A stretch of 64,000 nucleotides of DNA, taken from assembly GCA_965205945.1 (NCBI GenBank), contig CBDBIB010000003.1:352001-416000 (forward strand). The letters run 5' to 3'. The position numbers and the translations under genes were made by a program. Every line of letters starts with the position of its first letter. Position 1 is the stretch's first letter. Below are positions 9,030 to 19,356 of the stretch, piece after piece. A model generated the notes under the pieces. That model did no database searches. It worked only from the letters and a program-made list of their open reading frames with translations, and was not told the origin of the DNA. The DNA is from Bdellovibrionales bacterium. GTDB taxonomy: Bacteria; Bdellovibrionota; Bdellovibrionia; Bdellovibrionales; UBA1609.

Positions 9030-10541
9030 ATGAGGCAAACTATGAATCAAATTAAAACTGCGCTTGTGAGTGTTTCAGATAAATCGAACTTAAACATCTT
9101 GGCTGATTTTTTTAAGAAAAATAATATTAAAGTGGTTTCAACAAGCGCAACATTTAATGCGCTTAAAAAACTAGGCGTTAATACTGTACAAGTTTGTGAT
9201 CAAACAGGTTTTCCTGAGGTAATGGGGGGACGGGTAAAAACTCTTCACCCTAGAATACATATGGCATTACTTGCAAGAGCTGAGAGTAAACAGGATAGTC
9301 AAATTCTAAAAGAAAATAGTATACAACCGTTTGATTTATTAGTTGTAAATTTATACCCTTTTTCAAAAAAAAAAGAAGAAGGCGTTACAGGCAATGACCT
9401 TGTGGAGTTTATTGATGTTGGCGGACCATCAATGATTAGAGCTGGGGCTAAGAATTTTTTAAGAGTGGTTACGCTGACTTCTCCAAAAGACTATGGTCTT
9501 TTAGAGAAGGGAGAAACTCAAAGTTTAGAGACTCGTAAAAACTTGGCGGCAAAAGCTTTTAAGCATTTATCTGAATATGATGGAGAAGTGTTTTCGTGGC
9601 TTTTAAATGAAGATAAGCAACCAAAGAAATTAAGATATGGTGAAAATCCTCATCAAGAAGGAGTATGGTTATTTGATCAAGGCAAAGAAGGCTTGCATCA
9701 GGCAACAATTCTTCAAGGAAAAGAGTTATCTCTTAATAATTTGTTAGATCTAACTACTGCTGTGGAGAGCTTAGCATTATTTGAAAAACCAACGGTGGTA
9801 AGCGTGAAGCACAATAATCCGTGTGGAATTGGCTCAGGTCAAAATATAGAAGAGGCTTTACAAAAATCTCTTAATGCAGATCCAATGAGCGTTTTTGGAG
9901 GTATTGTTGCTATGAACAAAGAGCTTGATGCAAGTTGTGCAGAAAAACTTGTAGGGATATTTTTAGAGTGCATTATAGCTCCATTAATTTCTAAAGAGGC
10001 TAAAACTATTTTTGCTACAAAGAAAAATTTACGAGTTTTAGAGTGGCCCTTACTTAGTAAGGGGTATAGACCGGAGAAAGATCAAAAAAGAATTAGTGGT
10101 GGTATTGTTGAGCAAACAGTGGGCTGTGTGCACAGGGCTTTTTCTAAATGGGAGCAAGTAACTGGTCAGACTCCAGAAGCAAAAGTTATAAAAGCCTTAG
10201 AGTTCTCATGGAAAGTTGTAAGAAGGCTTAAAAGTAATGCAATATCTATTTGTGGAGAAGACTTAACATTGGGCCTAGGTATGGGGCAAGTGAATCGTAT
10301 TGATGCTGTAAAGTCTGCGATTCAAAGATGGAAGGTTTTTCATAAAACATATGAAGGTCCAGTAGTTTTAGCCAGTGATGCATTTTTTCCTTTTCCAGAC
10401 TCAATACAGTTGATCGCTAAAGCAGGTATTAAGTGGGTTGTTCAACCGGGAGGGTCCATTAAAGACAAGACCGTAATTCAAAAAGCAAAAGATTTAGGTT
10501 TAGGAATGTTTTTCACCGGAGAAAGGTACTTTCTTCATTAA
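9030..10541 (+). CDS. purH: Bifunctional AICAR transformylase/IMP cyclohydrolase
   Basis: ALVSVSDK, GRVKTLHP, IDVGGPSM, LRYGENPHQ, KHNNPCG, ASDAFFPF, QPGGS. Confidence 0.98.
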   Translation: MRQTMNQIKTALVSVSDKSNLNILADFFKKNNIKVVSTSATFNALKKLGVNTVQVCDQTGFPEVMGGRVKTLHPRIHMALLARAESKQDSQILKENSIQPFDLLVVNLYPFSKKKEEGVTGNDLVEFIDVGGPSMIRAGAKNFLRVVTLTSPKDYGLLEKGETQSLETRKNLAAKAFKHLSEYDGEVFSWLLNEDKQPKKLRYGENPHQEGVWLFDQGKEGLHQATILQGKELSLNNLLDLTTAVESLALFEKPTVVSVKHNNPCGIGSGQNIEEALQKSLNADPMSVFGGIVAMNKELDASCAEKLVGIFLECIIAPLISKEAKTIFATKKNLRVLEWPLLSKGYRPEKDQKRISGGIVEQTVGCVHRAFSKWEQVTGQTPEAKVIKALEFSWKVVRRLKSNAISICGEDLTLGLGMGQVNRIDAVKSAIQRWKVFHKTYEGPVVLASDAFFPFPDSIQLIAKAGIKWVVQPGGSIKDKTVIQKAKDLGLGMFFTGERYFLH

Positions 10542-10625
10542 GAAAATAGTTAATTATTTTATAATTTAGTAAAGCGGTTAAAAAATATAAATAACGCTGG
10601 TCGAGCTGTTTGATTCAGGATAAAC

Positions 10626-12321
10626 TTGAGCGTTATGAGCAATCAAAAAGAAATTTGGATGGTGCGCATTGGGAATCATATTTGTGGTCCCTATAAAACA
10701 TCAACTGTTCAAAATCTTATTTTAGAGCAAAAAATTTCTGAAATTGATGAGATCGCTCTTCCTTGTAAAAGCTGGTGTTACGTTCGTGATAGAAGTGAAT
10801 TTTTAGAAACTTTTAAAAAATTGCAATTAAATTCTTCTAAAAGATTTGGGGCTACTTCATCTTCAGCATCATTAACAGAAACTGAGAATATTACAGATTC
10901 TACAAGAAATGATCAAACCAAAGAACTTAAGCCTTTAAAAACTCAAGACACAAAGACGGCTCCGTTATTAGAATTTAACGATTTAAAAGTAAAGTCTAAA
11001 GGTTTAAATATAGGCAAGGGGTTGGCGCAGTACTCTAAAAGGAGAAAAAAAATCAGTTTAGTTTTAATTCCAGGAGTGCTTTTTTTATTTTTAGGGGGGT
11101 ATTTTTTTGGATATAATAAATTAGCGTATAATCCTTTAGAGCTTTTTACAGGAGAAAGGCAAAGAGCTTTAGAAATAGCCTGGGCTTCTGGGGATTATGA
11201 AAAAGCTTTTAAGGCGATGCAGGCAAGTAAAAGTTTTTTAAAAAAATATAGAAATAAGTATGCTGCCCTTCTTTTAATGAGAGGAAATGAATTTAATTTA
11301 GCAGACAAGGCCCTTGATCTTGTTTCTAATAAGGTTTCCTCAGAATGGAAAAATTTAAAAGGACTTTCAGAGCAGTATAAAGGACGAAGAGATTTAGCTG
11401 AAGGCTATTTTTTAAGTGTTCTTAAAAAAAAACCAAAATTATACTCCAAGTTTAATTAACTTAGGGCTTTTAAAAAGAGAAGAAGGGGACTGGTCTTTAG
11501 CTTTGTCATATTTTGAGGCTGCATTTTCAAGAATTAAAGGCATTGGTTTTGATAATGTTTCGTTTTATTTGTTAGAGGCTTGGATGAGGCAACTTCTTGC
11601 TGAGAGTGGAACTTTAAATTTAGATAAGGTCACAGCTTACTTAAACAATCAAATGGTCGGGCACTCTACTTACATACACGAGTTTAAGCTCATAGAACTC
11701 TGGATTAATATAGTTCAAGGGAGTTGGACAAGGAAAGAAGAGGTTCTTATAAAAGAAATTCTTAATTTAGATCCTCAGATTTTAGTAGAGCGTAAAGTTA
11801 GCCCATATGTATATAAACTTCCTCCTGGAGCAATTTCATATATATGTAGGGATTTAGATTTAAAGCTTAAGGAGACAAAGTATAAAAAATCAGTGGTAGC
11901 GCTTTGTTTAATTATAAATAAAGAGTATGGACAGGCTAAGGCTATACTTAAAAGAGATACTCAAAATGAGTATGCTATGACTTTGTACAGCTTTGCTGCA
12001 AAGTTAAGTAAGGATTTTTCAAGAGCAGATGAACAATTGGAAAAAGCTATGGGGGTTATTGGGGGAGAAAACTATACAAAGTTTTTCTTTCAAGCAAGGT
12101 TTTGTTACGAAAAAGGTGATATGAAGTGTGCTGCTGAGTATTGGATGAAAGGTTTAGAGAGAGATTCAAATGCTTATACAGCACATACAGGCTTGGCATT
12201 GTCGTATTTTCATGTTAAGGATTACGCAAGAGCTAAAGTTTTTATGCAAAGAGCTAAAAAACTTGTAAAGTCATACGGTCCTTTAATTAAGTTGCAATTA
12301 GTAATGAAAGACATTAAATAA
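10626..12321 (+). pseudogene. GYF_2-like + TM + TPR protein split by a one-base frameshift (ORFs 10626-11459 and 11416-12321)
   Basis: N-terminus WMVRIGNHICGPY resembles GYF_2. A TPR helix pair continues across the frames at the A9 run 11424-11432; removing one A gives ...LKKNQNYTPSLINLG. Confidence 0.7.
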
Positions 12322-12331
12322 AGGATCTCTT

Positions 12332-12832
12332 ATGTTGTCATTTCTAAAAGCTTATAAAGAAAATGATCCAAGTACTAAATCCTATGCTGAGATATTTTTT
12401 TTATTGCCGGGGCCAAGAGTTCTTAGATATCACTGGGTAGCACATTGTTTTTATAAAATTAAATTGTTTTTTATAGCTAGACTTATTTCAGAAATAGGAC
12501 GGTTTTTAACAGGAATTGAAATTCATCCAGGAGCTAAGATTGGGAAAAATTTTGTCATTGACCATGGAATGGGGGTTGTAATAGGAGAGACTGCCATTAT
12601 TGGAGATGATTGTTTTATTTTTCATGGGGTTACTTTAGGTGGTGTTGAAAAACTAAAAGGTGTAAGAAGACACCCTGAGCTTAAAAATAAAGTTACTATT
12701 GGCACTGGAGCAAAAGTATTAGGGGCGGTAACTTTACAAGAGGGTGTTAAAGTAGGGGCAGGAGCCGTTGTTTTATCTGACTGTTCTAAGGGGAAAACAA
12801 TAATTGGTATGCCTGCAAAGGCTAAAAGTTAA
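12332..12832 (+). CDS. cysE: Serine O-acetyltransferase (short form)
   Basis: TGIEIHPGAKIG, IDHGMGVVIGETA, GVTLGG, RHP hexapeptide-repeat signature. Confidence 0.93.
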   Translation: MLSFLKAYKENDPSTKSYAEIFFLLPGPRVLRYHWVAHCFYKIKLFFIARLISEIGRFLTGIEIHPGAKIGKNFVIDHGMGVVIGETAIIGDDCFIFHGVTLGGVEKLKGVRRHPELKNKVTIGTGAKVLGAVTLQEGVKVGAGAVVLSDCSKGKTIIGMPAKAKS

Positions 12833-12915
12833 TACTAATTTTGTTAAAAGGACTGTGTTAAATTTAAGTTTATGATTGTTTATTATCTGATTTATGGATT
12901 CAGAGTGATTTAAAA

Positions 12916-13653
12916 TTAGAGAATTTTTTTTTCAATAGCAGATAAGAATTTATCATATTCAAGAATATTTAAATAAGGCCAGTTGGGCTCAGGTTTAGAT
13001 CGAGCAGAGTGGGTGCTATTAATAAATATGGGAGTGTAATTGTTAAGTTCTGGGAAAAGGCAGTGTTTTAAAACAGAAGGCTCATTATCAAAAAAGAAGA
13101 TAGAGTGTTTAAAATAAATTTTAAAAATTCTTAATAAGGCTTTATTCTTATACTCACCGTCATTCATTTTTTTATGTGGTTTTGTGATAAGATTTTTTTC
13201 AGTGTCTAAAGGAAGCCCCCAGTGCCTTAGTTGTAAAAGAGTGGCTTTACGCATGCGGTGATCGTCTCGGCCAGTAAGGTATAAAATAAGGCTGTTTTTT
13301 GAGTAAAGGAGCTTAATTAGGGGGATTATACCTTTATAGGGCTTATCAGAAAAAAGGAAAGTTCCAGAAAAAAAATGATTTTTCCAAAAAGAATGGGCCT
13401 CTTTTTTAAGCGAATCATTGTTAGGAATCATATTTAAATAAGGGTTAAGGCCCCAGTCAGTATATTTAAGCTGATAACTTGAGGAGATTTTGAGCAAAAT
13501 CGGGTTTTTGGCTTTATGTATGCTGCAAAATAAATCAAAAATATCTTGATTTCGAGGGCTAACATTAAAAATTGTAGAGTCTATATCAAAAATAAGAACA
13601 GGCTTTTTTTGTCCATTAATTGCTTGGTCGAACCTTGAGATGAGTGACTCCAT
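12916..13653 (-). CDS. HAD-superfamily phosphatase
   Basis: FDIDST motif I, YLTGR motif II, FFDNEP motif IV. Confidence 0.85.
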   Translation of the reverse strand: MESLISRFDQAINGQKKPVLIFDIDSTIFNVSPRNQDIFDLFCSIHKAKNPILLKISSSYQLKYTDWGLNPYLNMIPNNDSLKKEAHSFWKNHFFSGTFLFSDKPYKGIIPLIKLLYSKNSLILYLTGRDDHRMRKATLLQLRHWGLPLDTEKNLITKPHKKMNDGEYKNKALLRIFKIYFKHSIFFFDNEPSVLKHCLFPELNNYTPIFINSTHSARSKPEPNWPYLNILEYDKFLSAIEKKIL

Positions 13654-13675
13654 AAGGTAAATCTATGGCCTTAGT

Positions 13676-14626
13676 ATGGACTCATTGCAAGTTTTATTTA
13701 TAAAAGATCTGAGGTTAAAGGTGGTATTTAAAAAGCTATGTTTTTTAGGGTTTATGATTTTTATGATTATGGGTTGTACGGTTAAGAGAACACCTCTTGG
13801 GACAAAAAAAAATCCTATAAAAGTATTTTTAATTCCATCTGTAGATGCTCAGATGTTAAAGGATAAAGCTAAAGATTTAAAAATCGCTTTAGAAAAAGCT
13901 ACAGGTTATTCAATAAAATTGTCAGTTCCATCAAGTTATATAGCTGTTGTTGAAGCGTTTGGAACAAAAAAAGCTGATGTTGCTGTAATGAATACTTTTG
14001 GGTATTTGCTTGCACAGAATAAATACAATGTTGAAGCCAAGCTTATGGTTACTAGGTTCGGGCAAAAAAGCTATAAATCACAAATTATAGTTCATGTAGA
14101 TTCAGATATTAAAAATCTTAAAGATTTAAATGGTAAGAAATTTGCTTTTGTGGATCCAGCATCTGCATCGGGTCATATACTTGCAAAAAGCTTGTTTAAG
14201 GAAAAAGGAATTAAACTTGGTCAGGAAATGTTTGCTCAAAAGCATGACTCTGTTGTAACAATGGTTTACCAAAAGCAAGTTGATGCAGGCGCAACGTTTT
14301 ACTCTCCTTTAAGGAATGGACAGATTCAAGATGCTAGACGCTTAGTAAAAACTCAGTTTCCAGACGTTGAAGAAAAAGTGAAAATCCTAGCTTTAACAGA
14401 TAAAATCCCCAATGATCCAATTATTTTTAGAAGAGAGATGGATTTAGAAATGAAGGAGAAACTTGTAAATGCCTTTATTGACTTTATAAGGTTGCCAAAA
14501 GGTAAGAAAACCTTTGAACAGTTGTATTTGGTTGATGGAATGGTGAAGATTGATGATTCTGCATATGATTCAGTTCGTAAGCTTTTAGTTGAACTTGGCT
14601 TAAATGTTAAAAAAATAATGAAGTAG
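13676..14626 (+). CDS. phnD: Phosphate/phosphonate ABC substrate-binding lipoprotein (true start probably downstream)
   Basis: Lipobox IMGC, FAFVDPASASG, HDSVV, IPNDP. Confidence 0.9.
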   Translation: MDSLQVLFIKDLRLKVVFKKLCFLGFMIFMIMGCTVKRTPLGTKKNPIKVFLIPSVDAQMLKDKAKDLKIALEKATGYSIKLSVPSSYIAVVEAFGTKKADVAVMNTFGYLLAQNKYNVEAKLMVTRFGQKSYKSQIIVHVDSDIKNLKDLNGKKFAFVDPASASGHILAKSLFKEKGIKLGQEMFAQKHDSVVTMVYQKQVDAGATFYSPLRNGQIQDARRLVKTQFPDVEEKVKILALTDKIPNDPIIFRREMDLEMKEKLVNAFIDFIRLPKGKKTFEQLYLVDGMVKIDDSAYDSVRKLLVELGLNVKKIMK

Positions 14627-14628
14627 AT

Positions 14629-15402
14629 ATGATTAATAAAAAAGAAGTAAAGTTAAATGTTAAAGATTTAAAAAAAACATACTCTAATGGTTTTACAGCG
14701 CTACATGGGGTTTCAATGAAAGTGTATGCAGGGGAGTTTCTTGCTATTATTGGTCTTAGCGGTTCTGGTAAATCAACTTTTCTACGTTGTATTAATCGCT
14801 TAATAGATCCTACCTCAGGAGAGATTTTTTTTAACAATAATGATATAGCAAAACAAAAGGGTAGAGGTGTTTATCAAACAAGAACTAAAATTGCTATGAT
14901 ATTTCAAAGTTTTAATTTAGTTGGTCGACATACAGCATTTTCTAATGTTTTAATGGGTAGTTTAGCTAGAACCTCTGTAATAAAAAGTATTTTAGGTTTT
15001 TTTTCAAAAGAAGATCAAGAAAAAGCCATTAAGTATTTAAAGCTTATGGGGCTTGGTACTAAAATTCATACTAGAATAGATCAGCTATCAGGAGGGCAAA
15101 AACAAAGAGTTGCTATTGCTAGAGCACTTATGCAAGAGCCAGAGATCTTACTAGCTGATGAACCTGTTGCAAGCCTAGATCCGGCTTTATGTCATACAGT
15201 GATGGACTATTTAAGAAAAATTAATAAAGAGCTTAGCATTACTGTTTTATGCAACCTTCATCATTTAGATCTGGTTAAAGAATACAGTGATAGAGTAGTG
15301 GCATTAAAAGATGGAAAGAAAGTTTTTGAGGGAAACCCTTTACAGGTTAATGACAGTTGGTTTAAGGAAATTTACGGTGAAGAAGCAAGGCATGTAAAGT
15401 AA
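14629..15402 (+). CDS. phnC: Phosphonate ABC ATPase
   Basis: GLSGSGKST, LSGGQKQRVAIARAL, ADEPVASLDP, CNLH. Confidence 0.93.
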   Translation: MINKKEVKLNVKDLKKTYSNGFTALHGVSMKVYAGEFLAIIGLSGSGKSTFLRCINRLIDPTSGEIFFNNNDIAKQKGRGVYQTRTKIAMIFQSFNLVGRHTAFSNVLMGSLARTSVIKSILGFFSKEDQEKAIKYLKLMGLGTKIHTRIDQLSGGQKQRVAIARALMQEPEILLADEPVASLDPALCHTVMDYLRKINKELSITVLCNLHHLDLVKEYSDRVVALKDGKKVFEGNPLQVNDSWFKEIYGEEARHVK

Positions 15403-15414
15403 AGGGAATATGGA

Positions 15415-16443
15415 ATGACTTTTAATTTAAAAAAATCTATTTTTAATATATTCTTTAATGCCTATAGCTTATCGCTGATATACTTTTTGATTTTATTTTA
15501 TTCAGGGCATATGGTGACCGCAGAGACCTTAGAAACAGGTAATTATATTTTAAAAAATACTATAATTTTTTTTGTGCTTGGGTGGATTGTTGATTCTTTC
15601 ACAGGAAGGCTTCATCTAAGAACACTAGGCTCGCAGCTTTTTACAACATCTATTCAAAAAACTAATGAAGAAAAGTCAAATTTTTGGAAGATACAGCTAT
15701 ACTTTGTGCTCTTTTTAACAGTTGTAGCCTCAATTGTCATGACAAAAGCATCAATTATAGATTTAATTGATGAATCAGGGTTTTTAGGGGCTATAAGGTT
15801 ATTTCAAGGTATTTTTTCACCAAATTTTGAAATTTTACCCAAAGCCATTTTGGCAATTATAGAGACAATTTTTATTGCATTTTTAGCAACGTTTATTGCA
15901 ATACCATTTGCATTTTTCTTATCTTTTATCAGCGCAAAAAATATTATGACTCATCATACTGCATTTATTATGTATATAGCACTTAGAACATTCTTAAATG
16001 TCATTAGATCTGTTGAACCATTGATATGGGCAATTATTTTTTCAGTTTGGGTTGGTATAGGGCCTTTTGCAGGTATGCTAGCATTAATGCTTCACTCCAT
16101 AGCCTCGTTAACAAAACAATACTCTGAAATTGTAGAATGTGTTGAAGAAGGGCCTATTGAAGGTATTAAAGCAACAGGAGGGGGTATTGTTCAAACGATT
16201 GTGTTTGGTGTAGTTCCTCAAATTGTTTTACCTTATATATCATTTACAATTTATCGATGGGACATCAATGTAAGAATGGCAACTATTATTGGTCTTGTTG
16301 GAGGCGGTGGTATTGGAACAATGTTAATTCAATACCAAGGACAAGCGCTATGGCATGAAGTGGGTTGTATTGTTATAGTTATAGCTATTGTTGTATGGCT
16401 TTTAGATACGGGATCTGCTTACATTCGTGAGGCTATTAAGTAA
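15415..16443 (+). CDS. phnE: Phosphonate ABC permease with N-terminal membrane extension
   Basis: GIGPFAG, YRWDINVRMATIIGLVGGGGIG. Confidence 0.92.
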   Translation: MTFNLKKSIFNIFFNAYSLSLIYFLILFYSGHMVTAETLETGNYILKNTIIFFVLGWIVDSFTGRLHLRTLGSQLFTTSIQKTNEEKSNFWKIQLYFVLFLTVVASIVMTKASIIDLIDESGFLGAIRLFQGIFSPNFEILPKAILAIIETIFIAFLATFIAIPFAFFLSFISAKNIMTHHTAFIMYIALRTFLNVIRSVEPLIWAIIFSVWVGIGPFAGMLALMLHSIASLTKQYSEIVECVEEGPIEGIKATGGGIVQTIVFGVVPQIVLPYISFTIYRWDINVRMATIIGLVGGGGIGTMLIQYQGQALWHEVGCIVIVIAIVVWLLDTGSAYIREAIK

Positions 16444-16485
16444 AATATTTAAAAGTGCAATAAGCTTTAGATGATTTTTTTAAAA

Positions 16486-17010
16486 TTATTTAAAAATGAT
16501 TCCAGTTGATATTAAATATCCAGAAAGATTTTCCTTCCTTGCTGTCTGTTTAGAAAGACTTGAAGTAATTTTGTAGTCGTAAAGGTTTTGCACTTGTGTT
16601 TTAGATGGAGTAATTTTGGTGTTAGGGCTGTTTTGATATACAGTATTAAAATCTAATTTAAATGAAAATTCTCTATTTCCTCTAATAAAATTTATAGTCG
16701 TTCTTCCAGTTTTGCTTGAAGTAAAGTGGCATGCAATATCACCATCTTTATTTGATTTAGAACAGGCTTTAAGGTTTACACCATTAGTTAGTTTATGAGG
16801 TTTTAGGAAAATTCCTTCCATAGGTTTGTTATCATGTGAAACTACTTTAAGATACAGGCTGGCTTTTTGATCTCCGTTTCCAGGAGTTGATACACTTCGT
16901 ACGAAAGAGACTGTATATAAATCTAGGGCCGATACGTACTCTTGAAACTCATTTTCTGTACAAGCAGTAAAGAGTAGTGTGGGTAAAATAAGGAGGTTTA
17001 ATTTATTCAT
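16486..17010 (-). CDS. Lipoprotein with bacterial Ig-like (Big_1/invasin-like) domain
   Basis: Lipobox FTAC; PGNG...KVVSHDNKPMEG...SNKDG...FTSSKTG follows the Big_1 pattern. Confidence 0.6.
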   Translation of the reverse strand: MNKLNLLILPTLLFTACTENEFQEYVSALDLYTVSFVRSVSTPGNGDQKASLYLKVVSHDNKPMEGIFLKPHKLTNGVNLKACSKSNKDGDIACHFTSSKTGRTTINFIRGNREFSFKLDFNTVYQNSPNTKITPSKTQVQNLYDYKITSSLSKQTARKENLSGYLISTGIIFK

Positions 17011-17017
17011 TATAGGA

Positions 17018-17106
17018 TTATCGTCACGAAGGTCTAGAAACTTTAATATTTTTGTTTACCAAATTGATCCAAAATTAATGATACCAAAGTGTTTCAACAC
17101 GAGACA
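17018..17106 (-). promoter_or_regulatory. Putative sigma28 (FliA) promoter with upstream palindromic box
   Basis: Minus strand TAAA-N16-GACGATAA ending 7 nt before the ATG at 17010; box TGTTTCA-ACA-CGAGACA at 17090-17106. Confidence 0.55.
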
Positions 17107-17684
17107 AAAATCTGGTATGGTAATTGTGGTTTTTAGAGTGGTAATCTGTTATATATGGAGCTTTTTAAAAATTACCTCTACGGGCTTATAGGCTTTTGAT
17201 TTTGCATATTTTTTTGTTGGAAAAGATAGAGTTCACTTAATTAAAGATTATAAGCGGTTAAATTTAAATACTTTTTTTAAAACAACATCACAGCTTTTAT
17301 TCCAGTGCATGGAATCTTATTCAGGTATTACTTAGTATAGTTGGTATAATATTAAAGATCTTTATAAAACTTAGACAATTCTGGATAAAAATAGATTCAA
17401 TTTGCTCTTATTCTTAAGAATTTGGCTCATAATAAGAAATAATTAAATCATTTAAAACTAGATTAGTAATACAAAAATCTTAGAAGACCGAAGTTTAAAC
17501 ATATACATAAAAGCTTTGGATAATTTATGGGGGTTAAGAAGAAAGCATTAGAACTTAATATAAGAGTAAGAAAAATTATGTTCTTTTCCCCTTAGTAAAT
17601 AGTATTGCAAAAAAACAATATAGTATGAATTTTAAGTGCTGATTTTATATAAGAGTATTAATTAAGAGGAGTAGGGAGATAATT

Positions 17685-18647
17685 ATGATTAAAAATCTAA
17701 GTTTAATAATTGGAATGATTTTGATAATTGGTTGCTCTAATCAAAACTTTCAAACTATAAACACAGATGATGAGTTTCTAGCCTCAGCTACGTATAGTTT
17801 TGATGTAGATGTTTTATGGATTATAGACAATTCATATAAAACTATGGAAAAGCATCAAGATAGAATAGCACAGAAAATGGATGCTTTTTATAATGGGTTA
17901 CTTATAAACAATGCTAATTTTAGAATTGCTGCAACCACTATGGATATGGATCTTTCAGGAGATCAAGGGGAGCTTTTAGGATCAACTCCTGTAGTGAGTA
18001 AAACTACACCAAATGTTGTTGTTAAACTAAAAGAGCTTCTTAAAAGAGGTGGGCAAGGGGCTAATGCTGAGCGAGGGCTTTTAGCCATGAAAACAGCTTT
18101 AAGAAAAGAAAGAGATAAAGGTCAGGCTGCTAAGTTTTTAAGAGATCAGGCTTTATTAGTAGTTGTATTCGTAACAGATGACGATGATTTTAGTGTTGGA
18201 ACAGTTAATGAATATAAAAATTTTTTAGATGATTTAAAAGGTGAAAATACTCAGAGTGAACAAAATTGGATTGTAAATTATATAGGCGTAGTAGATTTAA
18301 ATGATCCACGGTGCACTACTTATGGTAGTTATTCAGCTCGAGGTGAAGATTATTTAGAGCTTGCTAATATTTCTGGTGGAGTTGTTGAGAGCATCTGTAA
18401 TACAGATTTTAGTTCGTATGTGAATCAAATTAATATTCGACTTAAGTCTGTTTTAAACAGATATCAATTAGATTCTAAACCAATACTAGACTCATTAACC
18501 GTTTATATTAATGGTGTGTTAGTCCGAAAAGATATTATGAATGGATGGAGTTACGATGGAGAAAAAAATATAATCACTTTAAACGGATCAGCAAAACCGA
18601 ATCCGAATGATAATGTTGAAATTAAATATGAAATTAAAGAAGTTTAA
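17685..18647 (+). CDS. vWA-domain lipoprotein (CglB-like adhesin candidate)
   Basis: Lipobox IIGC, VDVLWIIDNS, VVFVTDDDD, ESICNTDFS, C-terminal Ig-like module; first gene of the agl/glt cluster. Confidence 0.8.
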   Translation: MIKNLSLIIGMILIIGCSNQNFQTINTDDEFLASATYSFDVDVLWIIDNSYKTMEKHQDRIAQKMDAFYNGLLINNANFRIAATTMDMDLSGDQGELLGSTPVVSKTTPNVVVKLKELLKRGGQGANAERGLLAMKTALRKERDKGQAAKFLRDQALLVVVFVTDDDDFSVGTVNEYKNFLDDLKGENTQSEQNWIVNYIGVVDLNDPRCTTYGSYSARGEDYLELANISGGVVESICNTDFSSYVNQINIRLKSVLNRYQLDSKPILDSLTVYINGVLVRKDIMNGWSYDGEKNIITLNGSAKPNPNDNVEIKYEIKEV

Positions 18648-18673
18648 ATAAAATATTAAAAGGAGTTAAAAAG

Positions 18674-19336
18674 ATGGAAGGGATATTAGATATGATTGTA
18701 AGCAGTGGCCTGGCAGGTTACTGCATAGCAGTTTTAGCAATTTTTGCACTAGGGTTAACTCTAGATAGAGTTAAAACTTTATTTTTTGATTTGTCTATTA
18801 AAACAGATGAGTTTATTGCTCAGGTAAGAAGTCTAGTCGTTTCAGGTCAAATTGAAGAAGCTGTAACATTCAGTGATGCTAATAGGAAAGCTCCTGTTGC
18901 TCATATTGTAAAAGCTATTGTTGAGAGAGCAGATAGAGATGAAGAGTCTATTAGAAAAGGAATGGAAATTTCATTTTCTGAGATTTTACCAAAAATAACT
19001 CAAAGACTAGGTTATTTAGCAATGATTTCAAATGTTGTAACTCTCATAGGTTTATTGGGTACAATTACGGGTTTGATTTTATCTTTTGAAGCTGTTGCAA
19101 ATGCAGATCCATCTCAAAAAGGTGAAATGCTTGCACAAGGTATATCTCTTGCTATGAACACAACCGCATTAGGATTATCAGTAGCGATTCCAGTAATGAT
19201 GATTTATTCAATTTTACATGCAAAGCAAAATAAAATTTTAAATGAATGTGTTGAGCAATCATCTAAAATTATGGATTTACTATCTAGTCGAATCTACACT
19301 CAAAGTGAAAAGAGTAAAGATAATAAAGTCGCATAA
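18674..19336 (+). CDS. MotA/TolQ/ExbB proton channel (AglR-like)
   Basis: TLIGLLGTITGLI, LAQGISLAMNTTALGL. Confidence 0.93.
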   Translation: MEGILDMIVSSGLAGYCIAVLAIFALGLTLDRVKTLFFDLSIKTDEFIAQVRSLVVSGQIEEAVTFSDANRKAPVAHIVKAIVERADRDEESIRKGMEISFSEILPKITQRLGYLAMISNVVTLIGLLGTITGLILSFEAVANADPSQKGEMLAQGISLAMNTTALGLSVAIPVMMIYSILHAKQNKILNECVEQSSKIMDLLSSRIYTQSEKSKDNKVA

Positions 19337-19356
19337 GAAGAGGAAAGTAGATTAAA

